Shown: piece after piece, positions 27,970-42,000 of the stretch
Position numbering within the stretch: position 1 is the stretch's first letter
How the letters are laid out: each line of letters opens with the position of its first letter
NCBI GenBank assembly: GCA_009602735.1
Contig: WELA01002449.1
Coordinates: 537,984-581,364 of the forward strand
Length of the DNA stretch: 43,381 nucleotides
DNA from: Mesotaenium endlicherianum
Taxonomy: Eukaryota
Direction: 5' to 3'
Notes under the pieces: model-generated
Told to the model about the DNA's origin: nothing
Database searches by the model: none
What the model saw: only the letters and a program-made list of their open reading frames with translations
Position numbers and translations under genes: made by a program

Positions 27970-29514
27970 ATGCGTCAACCCGCTGTTTTATCCTCCTTGG
28001 GGATACCAAAGCAGGGCTACCTGTCCTTCACATTGTCGATACTTTGTGCAGTAGCCCTTTCCAGCTCGTGTGCGGCTTACATCACTCGCTCTTTAGTGAC
28101 AGCAGACGGAAGCTCGGCATACTTAAGAGCCAAGCTCGCGCGCTATGTCAGAAGCAGGTCCGGGTACGAAGCTGAGGTGCCGGCAAGTGGCAATTCTACA
28201 GATGGGGTGCACCTAAGTGGTAGTGATCTGGGCCGGCAGTCAGCTTGCAGCTGCTATAACGTGGAGAACAAAGTCTCTGCGGATGCTTTTCAGGGACTTT
28301 GCGTCTGCGAACGCTTGTGCTTCAACGGTAGCCATGCAGTTCGTATTGGAGATCCAGAGACACAATGCAGGTAGGCATACATGTCATTGATGTGAGCAAT
28401 GATTCTCTGAATGTCATTATTGAATTTTGCACATCCGTGCTGATGCCATTGGACGTATCAAAGTCGCCAGAGGATCTCCTTGCTTACCTTCAACTCCACC
28501 TGTGTGTACTTTCAGTCCTCACACAGCGCCTAGCTGTTGTTTGATTGTACTGCTGGGCTGCATGAAAGTCATGGATACATATAAACACATATATATACAT
28601 GTACTATACACTTATATAGTAATGCATACATATATATACAAATAATAATCATATATATACATAGGTGTATATGAAGTGCTGAGCTTCTGTTAGCGCCTTC
28701 TCTTTCCGTGTAACCATGTCCTCATGCATCACTCAATCATCAACTTCCGACGGGTGTGAATCGATTGATCCGCGCATGCCTGCAGGGTGGCAATGAACGT
28801 GCCCGACTGGAGCCCCCTGAAGTCCCCCTTGTGCAACCACTACGACGCATTTCTGGCGCTGCAGGCCGCCGTCGCGCGCGACGCCGGCTTCCCCCTCACC
28901 CACAGGCCCCTCGCCTGGCTGGACTCGCGGGCGGCCGTCGAGTGGCGCGCCAACACGACCTACCTGCAGCTCCTGAACGCGTCCGACGCGCGCTCGCCCG
29001 CCGCCTTCTTCCGCAAGGTTGCCTTCCTGCTGCTGGTGAACTCGGGCGCGCTGCGCGAGAGCGTCAGCCGGGGCGTGGTGGTGCGCACGGGTGGCTGGCT
29101 GGCGCGCGTGCGCGCGCACGGCGCGGGCGCGTTCCAGCCGTCGGTGCTGCGCAACTTCCTCATCCTTGCGATGCAGCCGATCTACGGCGCCAGCTTCCAG
29201 TGGACGGGCAACGAGGAGGATCGCGTGCTCGGGGACGTGCCCCTATCGGGGGGGGTGGTGGAGTTTGAAGACGCTTTCTTCGGCGCGTCGGAGGCCCGCC
29301 CCCTGTGCTTCGAGCGGCTCATCCTGCCGGGGTCCCACCGGGTGAGTGAGTGGGCGAGCGAGCTTGTGGGCGGGCGGGCGGGCGGGCGGGCGTCCCTTCC
29401 CCTCCCTTGCATTGTGCTCCTGTGAGAACGTGTGGACGCGCACGTGTGCGCACTCACACAGACACGCACACGTATATGTAAATACACAGGGGGAGAGAGG
29501 GAGAAACACACGCG

Positions 29515-29573
<59 letters not shown>

Positions 29574-32500
29574 CCTGTACCTCATGGTCCCAAACGTCCT
29601 CTCACAACATGCATCATGCACTTCATAGAACCACACAAATGCATTTCACGTTGAGAGACAGAAGACAAGTGAGACATCAACATCCTACTGCAACATGGAC
29701 AGAACCTGTTTGTGTGCCTTATCATACCTGGTGTGATGCGATAGGCCTCCACCATCGCCGACTCACACTCCTCCTTCACATCCCATGCCTCCATGCCCTC
29801 AATTTGGTCATCAAAAAAACCAGTTAGCCGTGACTGAATTGTATTCAACTCCCTAGCGATGTGCCTTAAGCCTTCACGCCTCTTTGAGTTGCTGCTGAAA
29901 TCTCGTACTGAGCCCGTTTTAAATATATTTCAAGGTCGTCACAAGCCCTCTCCAGCACATGCCTTTTCCAAACGTTTGCCCTTTCCTCCCCCTGTCGCTC
30001 TTCACCGTGGGTCAGCGACAGGTGAGAACCTCTGGCCAAAGGATCGCGCGTTTTGTCTTGCCGTGGCATCTCTCGCGGTGAACCGACTAGTTTAGAGTAA
30101 CAGCGGCAGTTGTTTCCTCCCTCGCTCATTGAACTATATTTGCTCAACTGGCGAAACTCTCAAACTGAAAAGTGTGCGATGCTCTAAGCAAGGAGTGAAA
30201 CCACATAGAAATGACTGTGCATCAATGGGCAGCCCGTGTTGACATCCTCCTAACCTGCATAATCAATTCATTTCGCTGCCATCAAACTTCTTAGCCATGG
30301 AGGATGATTTGCGTGAGGCATTCAGGTGCATATGCCCCCAAACCAAAGAAGCTTCCGCGTGTGGGACGACAAAAGGTTGTATAATTATCGTACAGAGATC
30401 GGCGCCCCCCCACGACGCAATTGCGTACAAAGTACTGCCCCGTTGAAAAGAGTAAGAACGTATAGTGCTGGTAAGTGGAAACTGCCGCGTCCGATCCCGT
30501 TTACGGAGGATGTGTTGACCAATATTCCAGACAGCGACTTCTATGCAATTTCACACCCGGAAAAGTTTGTCGTTCGTGTCGCTACGTGGTCGCATCCCGT
30601 GTACGGTGCCACTTAGCGCCATGAAGACCCAAGAAAGATAACTCGTCACGTGACATCGAACACACCACCCCGACGCTCAACAAGCTGCACCATGCTGGTC
30701 CATGCACATGCTGCTGCGTGCAAGACGATATTAGACGAGGCCAGAAATGGCGTCCGTTGCCATCTCGGCGGTGGAGAAGGAGTGCAAAACTAAGACAGAC
30801 TTGAGCNACTGGGTCCTTACCTGGCTGGCCGTGTCATTGTTTTGAATGTCCAACCGTGTCATTGTTGTGAATGGATTCCCGCCAAGCTCACGGGAGGCTA
30901 TCCACGTGCACTCTCAGGAGTGAGCGGGGGGGTCGTGTTCTATCTAATGACGCTCCCTGCTTGGGCACAATGCATGCCTGGAGAATAGTACCCCAGAGGA
31001 AGGTACCCCCCAGACATAAAAACATACGCGTGTGCGTATGTGTCGGCACGTGCGTGTGCTTATGTGCGTGTACGCATGCGTATGTGCGTGCGCATGTGCA
31101 TGCGTTCGCCTAAGCGTATGCATGTGCGTTGGCAAGTTGTGCGCACGTTGCCGCGACTTTTGCTAATCAGGACTGTCCGTTTCCTTCTCGCTCCCTTCAA
31201 AGAGAGCTCCGCCCGGGGGCTCCAAACAGAAACAGAGATGGAGAAGTTGTTCCTGGGGTGCCCTCGGCCTCTGGCTGCCAAGTGGCGCAGACGGCAGCAT
31301 GGGGGCAGGGGGCAGGGGGGGCANNNNNNNNNNNNNNNNNNNNNNNNNNNNNNNNNNNNNNNNNNNNNNNNNNNNNNNNNNNNNNNNNNNNNNNNNNNNN
31401 NNNNNNNNNNNNNNNNNNNNNNNNNNNNNNNNNNNNNNNNNNNNNNNNNNNNNNNNNNNNNNNNNNNNNNNNNNNNNNNNNNNNNNNNNNNNNNNNNNNN
31501 NNNNNNNNNNNNNNNNNNNNNNNNNNNNNNNNNNNNNNNNNNNNNNNNNNNNNNNNNNNNNNNNNNNNNNNNNNNNNNNNNNNNNNNNNNNNNNNNNNNN
31601 NNNNNNNNNNNNNNNNNNNNNNNNNNNNNNNNNNNNNNNNNNNNNNNNNNNNNNNNNNNNNNNNNNNNNNNNNNNNNNNNNNNNNNNNNNNNNNNNNNNN
31701 NNNNNNNNNNNNNNNNNNNNNNNNNNNNNNNNNNNNNNNNNNNNNNNNNNNNNNNNNNNNNNNNNNNNNNNNNNNNNNNNNNNNNNNNNNNNNNNNNNNN
31801 NNNNNNNNNNNNNNNNNNNNNNNNNNNNNNNNNNNNNNNNNNNNNNNNNNNNNNNNNNNNNNNNNNNNNNNNNNNNNNNNNNNNNNNNNNNNNNNNNNNN
31901 NNNNNNNNNNNNNNNNNNNNNNNNNNNNNNNNNNNNNNNNNNNNNNNNNNNNNNNNNNNNNNNNNNNNNNNNNNNNNNNNNNNNNNNNNNNNNNNNNNNN
32001 NNNNNNNNNNNNNNNNNNNNNNNNNNNNNNNNNNNNNNNNNNNNNNNNNNNNNNNNNNNNNNNNNNNNNNNNNNNNNNNNNNNNNNNNNNNNNNNNNNNN
32101 NNNNNNNNNNNNNNNNNNNNNNNNNNNNNNNNNNNNNNNNNNNNNNNNNNNGGGGGGGGAGGGAGGGGGGGGCAGCTCTGGCGCCGCCTGCATCCCTGTG
32201 TTGGTCTCTTGGGGAGGGGACCGTGCTCACAGCGGCAGCGGCACAGCTTCAGGTCTCAGCGTCGCGGCGCTTCAGCGTTTCAGCACTTCAGCGAGACTCT
32301 CGGGCCGCCCGGGTCTCTGTGTGTCTCTTGGGGAGTGCGAGCAACCGTTGCTGCTGCTGGTGCTGCGCGCGCTGCTGCTGCTGCTGTGCCGTTTTGAGAG
32401 GCGCCACAGGGGGCCATGGCAGGCGGGCGAGCAGGTGGGCGGGCGGGCGGGCAGGCGCCGGCGGGACGTGCGCCCCGGGGGTGCTTGTTGGTTGCACCCC

Positions 32501-33553
32501 TTCATGCATGCACGTGCACGGGCTCGCACGCGATCAGACATCGCTCGTGCGCTCTCGCGCTGTGCACCAAAGGGAGTGACTGTCTCTGGCGCCGGGGGTC
32601 AGGGTTCCGGGGTTTATGGTTAGGGTTTCTGGGGTTCACGATTAAGGCTCCGGGGTTCCTGGTTCAGGGGCTCAAGGTATAGGGTCACGGTTTGTGTGTG
32701 CTCGGGACAGGGCTCAGCAGAGGGCTAGATTTTTTCTGAGGCTCGGGCTCAGAGGTTTAGGGTTCAGGACGCCAGGCCAGAGCAAGCACCTGGCCCTGTG
32801 GCAACAGCTGCCCCGTGGGATCGGACGGGTAGTGGGCTGCCTCTGTTCTGCTGGATTCCCATACAGCCCTTGTTCTTTCATTTACCGCTTGCTTCCCCGT
32901 GCTTCCGAGGGGGGCTCCAGCCGCAGCCCCTTTTGCCTGCAGCCCCTGAACCCGAAAAAATTTGATCCTGAAGCTTACATCCAGAACCCTAAGCCACGAA
33001 CTCTAACTTCTGAATCCTAAAATTTGAGCCCTACGAGTGAGTCTGCGTCTGACTCTTGCCTCTCGCATTCTTTATGTGACCTGAAGCTAAAGTGGGGTCG
33101 GGGGGGGGAGGGGGGGGGAGGCTCTTGGGGAGTGTTGGCTGCTTCAGCCTCTTCTTTGCGCACGCTTCACGAGCCTTCCAGACCTTCCTGGCTGGGTTGG
33201 CGTCGGCGTGGGGGAGAGAGAGGGCGAATTTAGAGGTCCCCCAAGCATGGGTTTGAAGTATTAATTTCGCCCCCTCTGGAGCGGCAATCCAAATTATCTC
33301 CACATCGAGCCATGTCAAAGGTCGTGCCATTTTGTGCAAGGTCCTTCTTCGCCAATTGCGCACTCCTTCTCCCTTGCTCGTAGCCTTTCTGCGCCCGCCT
33401 GCTCTTGCAGCTGCTTTCAGAGCAGCGCTCCTTCTCTTTACATTCCCCGCTCGCGGATCTTCCTCCCCTCACTCCTCACCCAAAATTCCTCCGTCATTCG
33501 GGCTCGCTCGCTGGCGGCCCTACTCCCTTCATCACCCGCGCGACCCTGCTCAA

Positions 33554-33619
<66 letters not shown>

Positions 33620-34904
33620 AAGACTGTTGCAACAGGCTTCCTTTTATGTCTTCCTTTTTTGTTATTTATTACTTTGTATGCTCTTTCTATCTGGTTCCCT
33701 ATTTACTCCTAACTTCTTCTATTTGATCATTTGATGATGAAGGTAGCTTCGCCTGTGAGTACAAGTTGGTGACGCCTAGCCTCACGTACGACAACGTGCG
33801 TATATCAAGCCTCTAAGGCTGTCAGGTAATTAAGTCTCGCCTAGTCTTCCTCTNCTCACTCTCTCTCTCTCACTTCATTACGCCCGCTTGCACTCGCTAA
33901 CGCCAGCTCACGCTTGCTAACGCCAGCTCACGCTTGCTAACGCCAGCTCACGCCTGCTCACGGTCGCTTGCGCGTGCACGCAGGACATGCTGTATTCGGA
34001 GGGGGGCGTGACACGCAGCCAGTACCAGGAGCACTTCCACGTCAACTTTGAGCTCCCCAAGCCCGCCGCCGCCGACCCCGCGGGCGCCACGCGCCTGCTC
34101 CTCCTCGCCCCCCCGGGCGGCCGCCGCCCGCGGCTCTCGCCGCCCGGCTTGGCGAAGCTGCTGGCGCTCTTCAAGGCCGCAAACTTCTCAGTCACGCGGG
34201 CGGCGCTCGACGAAAGCACGCCGCTCAAGGAGCAAGTGCGCCTCCTCGACGAAGCGGACGTCGTGCTCGCTCTGCCCGGCATGTGCAGCAGCGAAAGCGG
34301 CGGCAGAGGCGGCGGCAGCGGCGGTAGCAGCAATAGGGACGGCGACGGGGGCGGCAGCAGTGAGGGGGGCGGGAACGGTGACGAGGGGGACGGGGACGGG
34401 GACGGGGACAGCGGCGGGGACGGGGACGAAGACGGGGACGCCTTGCTGGTGCCTCTGCTGTTTGCGCGGGAGCATGCGATCGTGTTCGAGCTCGTGCCCT
34501 ATAACGTGCTAGCCGTGGAGACCTACCTGTACGCCAAGAGCGTGAAGGTGACCTACATGATGCGCCAGCTCGAGCGGGGGGCCCCTCTGGCGGCGGACAA
34601 AGCCTTTGCGGGCTTGCCGATGCAAGCGTGCGCTCTCGACGAGGCATGCCGAACATACTTCGGGAGGGAGCGCGAGGTGAATATCTCGGACGAGGACGAG
34701 GAAGCCTTGCGGGCGATGATAGAGCTTGCCAACATGATCGTCCGGGGGGCGAAGGAGAGCACCGATGCGGGGGGCAAGCGCGTCATCGAGGAGTTTGATC
34801 GCCGGTGCGTGGCGAGGATGCGCAACCAGACGTGTCACGAGGATGTGGTGTTCTCTCACCTCGCTGGGACGCCTCTGGAGTGCGTGCTGCAGTCGAAGTG
34901 CTAG
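27970..34904 (+). CDS. Glycosyltransferase family 61 (DUF563)-like type II membrane protein, ~625 aa
   Basis: GT-AG exons 27970-28370, 28786-29341, 33984-34904 join in frame. N-terminal hydrophobic anchor (YLSFTLSILCAVALSSSCAAYI), C.CERLCFN, PLCFERLIL and GT61-like PLKEQVRLLDEADVVLA...LLFAREHAIVFELVPY. Extra exons in the 4.6-kb second intron or its N-gap cannot be excluded. Confidence 0.72.
29519..29571. repeat. (CT)n microsatellite
   Basis: Direct reading. Confidence 0.95.
33556..33615. repeat. (CT)n microsatellite
   Basis: Direct reading. Confidence 0.95.
33892..33968 (+). repeat. 20-bp tandem repeat (CACGCTTGCTAACGCCAGCT), about 3.5-4 copies
   Basis: Two exact copies at 33909 and 33929 plus degenerate flanking copies, just upstream of the acceptor at 33982-33983. 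Confidence 0.9.
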
Positions 34905-36028
34905 CGCTGGACTTTGCTTGAGTGTATATACCTCTTTATTCTTGTATTTATTGTACCCTTATATCATTGATATGACTGATACCTTGTCCTTTTTTTGGTA
35001 AAAAGAATTACTACTTAGGGCTAGGACCCCGCGGCTTGCCACAAAATGAGAACACACAGGAGGAATCACTTCCTATATAAGTCATTTGCCAGCACTTTTT
35101 AAATTTATTGCATGTATGATGTGAGGAGTGGAATACCTGAGACGATGGTTCAGTTTAGAGCAATCATATCCCTGGAAAGCAACATGATAGGGCAACAAAG
35201 AAATGGACGATTAAGAGCTTCATTGATATTTGATTGTGCGCTTTCACAACTCGTAAGACTACGCAAGAGATAAGCATTCGTGAGCTGCTAACGGTGCCTG
35301 TTCTTGATCGAAATTCTCTCATGCGCCCAAGTTCCATGTGCATGAGAGGGGAAGGGCAAGATACTTCCAATTTGTTGGAGATATACTCATACATGGATTG
35401 CGATCATCCTAACCACATCAGACTACAACGGTAATGCCTGACATGCTAGAGCACGTTGAAAGCACTTAATGATGCTTTGCGTGCTGGCCAGTAGAGCCAA
35501 TCAACTGCAAAATTGACTGATCGAGCTACAAAAAGACAAGTGAACAAGGAGGGGCGACAGTTTTGATCGAAAATCAGCAAGACTAAGGTAAGCAAGGAAA
35601 ATGAAGGATACACAAATGTGGAGCTTGATTTGATTCAAACCCACGCTAGCTATGCTGGTTTCGTCTATATAGCGCCTCCCAACAATCTCCGAGGACAACT
35701 GAGCCCTACATTGCAAAAACTCACCAACCAGTCGCCAAAATCAATTACCCCTTTCACCTACTCCCTCGAGCTACCCTTTGAACTGTACCCCAACAACACC
35801 CTCTCACACCCCTCCACACCCTCCGCCGGCCGGAAAAACTTGTAGCAGCGCAGCAGGCAGGCTTTTAACGCGGGGCAAAGACCCCATGCGCTACAAGGAC
35901 GCGACGGAGCGCTGCACGTGCACGTGGTCTGAAATAATCGCAATGATTTGGGCTCTTGACGGCTCTTGAGGCATAATAATGATAAGAATAACTACCACAG
36001 GCAAGATGTATGCAGATATATATACATC

Positions 36029-39000
36029 TCACTGGCAAGACTCCGCCGACAGCGTGGTGGAGACAACCATGCCGTCGGTGTCGTACGTTCGCACGATCCG
36101 CCGTCGGCTCTTGGGGGCAGTCCTCTTGTCATCACCCTCGGCGCGCGCGCGCTCGCGCTCGCCGCTTTCGGGAGATGGGGAGCCGGCCAATTCGATCCAC
36201 CCGAGCTCGAAGAAGAAGGCTTGGCCGCGTGCGACGCACGTCGGACAGGCCATGAAAACGCCGTCGGGGAGGAGGGACACCTGGAGGCCGCCGTCGAAGC
36301 GCAGGAGCGAGCCGTTTATGGCTGCCCGGGACGTCATTTTTCTGACCGCCCCGTCCAGCATCACGTGGCTCACGTCCTGCGCGCACGACGCGACGGGCAC
36401 CAAAGGAAAAAAAAAGTAAAAAAAGATAGATAGTAAATAACAAATAAGGACCTCTCCTGTGTCATTAAGAAAAAGTAATTGTAGCAGCATGGGGAAACAC
36501 GGAGGGGGTGAGTGCACCACCCACGACAGTTGTGCATAAGTGCATGTGTAACCAAAGTGTGCACGCATATACGAGGCCTCATTGTGCGTGCGTCGTACAA
36601 AGCATCAGTTCAGCATGAGGACCTGCGTATCCTCGGGGGGATAGGTGAGAGTGTGTCCTCATACAGTAACTGGACGTGGGCGCATGCAAAAGCAGATATA
36701 TGCAGACACGAATATGCGCGCGCACGCGTGCGTCTGTACTTGGGCGACTATGCAAGCAAGGAACATCTGGGTCCCACGCATGACCATACAAGTAAAAAAT
36801 CATGGCTCATTAGACGGTATGAGTCCAGACATATATGTATGAGCACGAGTGTCGGGTGCACAGGTGTTGGGTATACTGAACTCATGCTCCAGACGCATAT
36901 CTGCATGGGAAACGAGGATTTCCATCCACACCTGGGCGAGGATGCTGCTGTCCTCCCGCCGGACGTGGATGCGGACGTCGTTGACCACACAGGTGGCGCC
37001 GTACATCTTGGAGCGCCTCGCCTCGGCGACACCTGTCCACTCCCCGAGCAGCGCCTGCAGCCTTGCCTCCTTCTCCTCCTCCACCTGCCGGCGCGCACGC
37101 TCACGTGAGAAGGGGCAGGGAGAGGGGGGTATAGGGTATAAGGGAGGGTAAGCAATCATTTTGGACTTGATATTGCCCGTCAGCAGAGGGTTGCAAAACT
37201 CACTCACGGAGACGGGGGCAGGGAGAGGTGGCGCCAGGAAGGTATAAGGTTAGAAATTGGGCTTTTCGTGACGACTTGACGTTTGGTGAGGTATGGGCTG
37301 AAGCTGTCACGATGGCCAGAGCACTCTACGCTTCATCATAATCAGTTCAAAAAAGAAAAAACAAAAAACAAAGGTAGGACGGGAGAGCAGCGAACGCTAG
37401 GCCAAGGTCGTATTCTGAGGCTTGGAGTTGAGGTTTCGGGTCACTTAAAGTTTAAATAATGCAAAGAGAATGCAAAGGTTCAGTCACAAGCATAGGCGCC
37501 CCCTGCGGGGGCGATGCCTGCAGACAGCACACCCGCACAACATGAGCGTGCAATTGTGCGCTTGTGAGGAAGACTTTGCCCAGCACGCAAGAGACCCCGC
37601 ACGCGCGCCCCTGTCTCTCTGAGCACCGAACGTAAAAACACGTGCAGAAGGTGGTGTGTTTCTTCGAGTGCATGCGTGTTTTGTGTGTGTACGTGCACGT
37701 GTGTGTGCATGTGCATGTGCGTGTGCGTGTGCGTGTGCGTGTGCGTGTATCTGTGTGCGTGCGTGTGCGTGCGTGTGCGTGCGTGTGCGTGTGCCTGTAA
37801 AGGCTAGCCCATAAGCACGCATACGCAGCATGCAAGCACTTATCAAAGCAGTAGAATACGGAATCCTGAGCACCCATGACAGGGCCCGCGCTCACACCTG
37901 TCGAATCTCCTCCAGGGTGAAGTCCAGGGCCCCCTTTGCCAGCCACCGGTGACTTTTTCCCGCTTCCAGGCCGCCGCGCAGCTCGGATGTGTTTCCGTCC
38001 GACCGGCGCTCGTCAAACACCCCGATCGTGTCGATCATGCCTCGCGGGTCCAATACGTGGAAGGCTCTGATTCGCCGATCGCCCGCGCCCGAGAAGAGGC
38101 AGCTCTCGCTGACCAGGGCCGGGCGGCGCGATGGCAGCTTCAGTCCCCTGCAAGCACCGCATGATGAAAGAGAAGGAAACATGGAAATGGTTACACGTAC
38201 GTACGTCAATGAAGCATGTGCTTGCAAAGGAGTGAAGCACAATGTGTGTGTATCAGCGCCGCAACAGCTGGTGAATACTTAGGTAGGGAGACCCGTTGCT
38301 CCGTATGCACACACACACACACACACACACGTGTGTGCACGCAGGCATACACGCAGAGACACACAGGCCATGCGCACGCACACACGCACATGCACACACC
38401 CGCACACATGAAGTTCACCCGCACAGACACGAGCATACACACACTCAAACACACGCACACGCGCACACAAGCACGCGGACAGCGAACGCAGCACGCGCGC
38501 ACAAGCACGGATACGCACACACGTGGAAACGCGTGCAGTGTTGACATCATGTATACATACATGCCCACGCGAGCCCACGGAGAAGCTTACTTTGGAAACT
38601 CCTCGTCGAAGTCGTCCTCCCCGAGTACGCCCACGCGCAGCACGCGCAGCAGCATGTCGGCCGTCTGGTGCGCGAACGAGAACGAGCCGTCGCTCTCAAA
38701 GAAGCCCATCTGCCCCCCACGGCCCCCGCGCAAGCGGCCGAGGGAATTTAGAACAGTTTTTTGAGGATGACTATCAAATAGCAGGGAGCTGCTGTGACCA
38801 TCCCTGGTGTTGCCCTCCATATCATCAGAGAAATATTTTTTTTTAGATTTATTTTATATATAGATATTTTCATACTTATTCATACGTATTATATATGCGT
38901 AGATATGGATATATATACATACATGTATATATGTGTATATATGTGTATAAATGTGTATATATGTATATACTATGTACATGTAGACATGTGTATGCATACA

Positions 39001-42000
39001 CACATACACATAAATAGGCGTCTGCATAGAGATTCATACACATTAATATACATAATATATTTATATATGTAAATAGATATACATAGATATATGTACATAT
39101 ATATATAAAAGATACACACAAACTCATGAGGGCAACATACACACACGCGTCCACGCACACACACACACATGGACACACAAATGGGCACACGCATGCACAC
39201 GCACTAACACACGCGCACGCGCGCAGGCAAACACCACACACGATTTCGCCGCCAGCTCACCTGCTGCGTGAGGTCAACGGTCGACAAGTTGACGTCACCC
39301 ATTTGGAAGTCAACCCAGACGTCGGCGTCTGCTGGCTCGCCCTGCACTTGACACTTGGAGGGCGCCTGCTTGATGCTCAGCCTGGCGGGATTGTGCAAGC
39401 GCACGCAGACGCACTCAGGGTAAGAGGGCATCGAAGCATGAGCAATCATTATCATAAGAGAAGGAAAAGAAAAGAAAGAAACAAAAAGAAAAGGAAGAAA
39501 GAAAATGAAAAGAAAGAAAGAAGGAAAGGACGCAATTTAATGTGGTTTGACGTGGAGGTGGAAGAAGAAGAATGGCCAAAGGCAAGCAGTGGAAAGAGAA
39601 TAAACAGCGCACAAAAGTCTCCTCCAAGGAGGCAGTGTCTGCGGCGCAACAGCAGACGAGCAGGAGCGATAAGACGGCAGAATGGTGAGACGGCAGAAGA
39701 AGAGACAGCGGGAGGCCACGAGCGTAAGGTGGGACCCACTATTTCTAAACCCTTGCCACCCCTTCAACACATCAAGATATACAACCTTGTTTGCGCATAT
39801 GCACGCCTGTGATGCTTCAATTCCTTTTTTGATTTGGTCTTTTTTTGTGTTTGAACACACAAACATATATAAAGGCTATTTTTAGCTTCCCCAGCGACCG
39901 CACCGGAGGACCTGTCGGGCCTCTCTCTGCCTGTGCTTCTCCACAGATGCTTCTTCCGCCAGAACACCGCTGGCAAAATCCATGGAGGAGCGAGAGCTAG
40001 AGAGACGCCTGTGTGGCGTGTCGCACGTGACGCGGCCACGAGAATGCTGGTGAAGATTCACAAACGCCGGTCTCTTTGCACGCATGCGGTGCGAGCGAAT
40101 CGCTGGGAAAAGAGGGAATAATCTCCCAAACTTGCCGAGACCGCCGCACTCGCGCGCGTGCACACGAGGAGAGGGAGGGGGGCGAGGGAGGGGAGGGAGN
40201 CACAAATCCCCCAGGCTTCTTGTGCATCTGCTACGTGTTTTGATCGCTCTTTCCGTCTCACACGGAAGTCAACGGAAGTCAACGCTTCGTGTCGCAATCC
40301 AAGTGCCCCCCTCAATGAAAGTTCAGAACTGCCTCTTTTTAAAATGTCAGCTCTGCTACCAAGATGACGTTTGAACATTTACGTTTACACGTCAGATACA
40401 TGTCTATTACAATGGATATCTACACACCTATACACATGTGCATGTGGACGCACTAGTCGGAAACAAAAGCAGGGGTGGCAACAGGCAGACCGGACGGCTT
40501 ATCGAAAACCATAAAGGGTTCCCAGGCCCGCAAGGGGAGAGCTCCCAGAGTGCCAGCAATGCTTGCGCCCCATAAGGAATCCACAAAGAGACTACTACTC
40601 CCTCTCCTTCTCGCTTCCTCCCCCCTCCCCTCTTCCTCTCTTCCCGCTCCCTCTCCTCCCCTCTCCTCCCCCCTCCCCCTCTTCCCTTCCCCTCTCCTCC
40701 CCAGAGTCTCTCTCCCCTCGTCTCTCTCCCTCTCTCTTTTAGAACACTTCCCTCTCCCTCTTCAGTTCAATGCTCTCTCTCTCTCTCTCTGGCTCCCGCT
40801 CCTCCCGCCCCCATCTCTCCCTCTCCCTCTGTCCCTAAACCCTGACCCATACCCCCCCTACTGCTTCTTTCGGGCCTTGTGCCTTCCCAAAGTACCCAGT
40901 AAGGGGCTTCCTCTCTTCTTCTCTCCTCATTTGGAGGCACCCCGAGATTAAACCCGAAACCCGATGCCCTGAGGCTCCACCCTCCCCCTCCACCCCGGCC
41001 TCAGCTGCTGGACAGCTGGACATAGCCTCCCCCAAAACCTCAGAGCCACACCTTTCTGCCGGGCTAACTGCGCAGAAAATGTTTGTCAAAGGTGGTTCTG
41101 AAAATGAGGATTAGAGTTAAAAAACAAAAGCAAAATAGCAGGCCTTGGGTACTAGGAACTTCTCCGCCCGTGATCTTGTGCTTTGCTGGAAAACAAAAAG
41201 CAAAATAAAACCCAAAAAAAAGATCGAAGGAACGAAAGAACGGAAGAAGGGAAAATAAAATATCAAGGCAAGAAAAGAGTGAGGAAACACCAGCTGTCCT
41301 GCAGGCCCCTCTTGCAAAGGCCAACAGAGAGGAGGGGTAAGGACCTGCAGGGTTCAAGGTGAAGGCTTAGGGCGCGGGGTTTAAGGATCGGGGTTCGAGT
41401 GAGGGTTTAAGGGCCAAGGCTCAGAACGCACGTCTGCCGCAGGCCGATGTGGGCACCTTCGCCCACTGCCGAGCCAACGACACGTGTCTCCACGCTCTCC
41501 AGCACGCCCCCCTCGAAGTCGTATTGCTGCAACAGCATGAATGCACACATCGGGGCCACGCGTAAACGTGAACGCTCGGCACAAAGTCTGAATCCCAGCT
41601 ATCATCCTTTCCTTCTTTCAGCGTGAAAACTGCCTTCGCAGATTAAGCCCCTGGAACGAGCACTGGCCACGTGCATTCGCAATTAGGCCTAACCGCCCAG
41701 GGTTTAGGCACGGAAATGGAGACTCGGGGTTTTGAGGGTACAAACAATGCCAGTGCCAATGCCAACGCCAATGCGAATGCCGATGCCAATGCCGTCCCTT
41801 CGCATGCAACACACAGGAGGCTTCACACATGCGTCCCTGGTGAAGCCTGGGGATAAAGTCTTACAGTGAAAGTGCCTTCCCAGCTCCCTGCATTCATGGA
41901 GATAAACCTCTCCAGCTTCTCTAGGTCTACACCCGGCCCAATAACCTCCTCCTCCAACTCCTCCTCCTCCTCCTCCTCCTCCACCACCACCTCCTTTTCT

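Noticed and set aside
37488..37517. Possible extra 30-nt DUF3598 exon (ASPPQGAPML) on the - strand
   Set aside because: In frame, but with a weak donor and not needed for the family alignment. Cannot be supported without transcripts.
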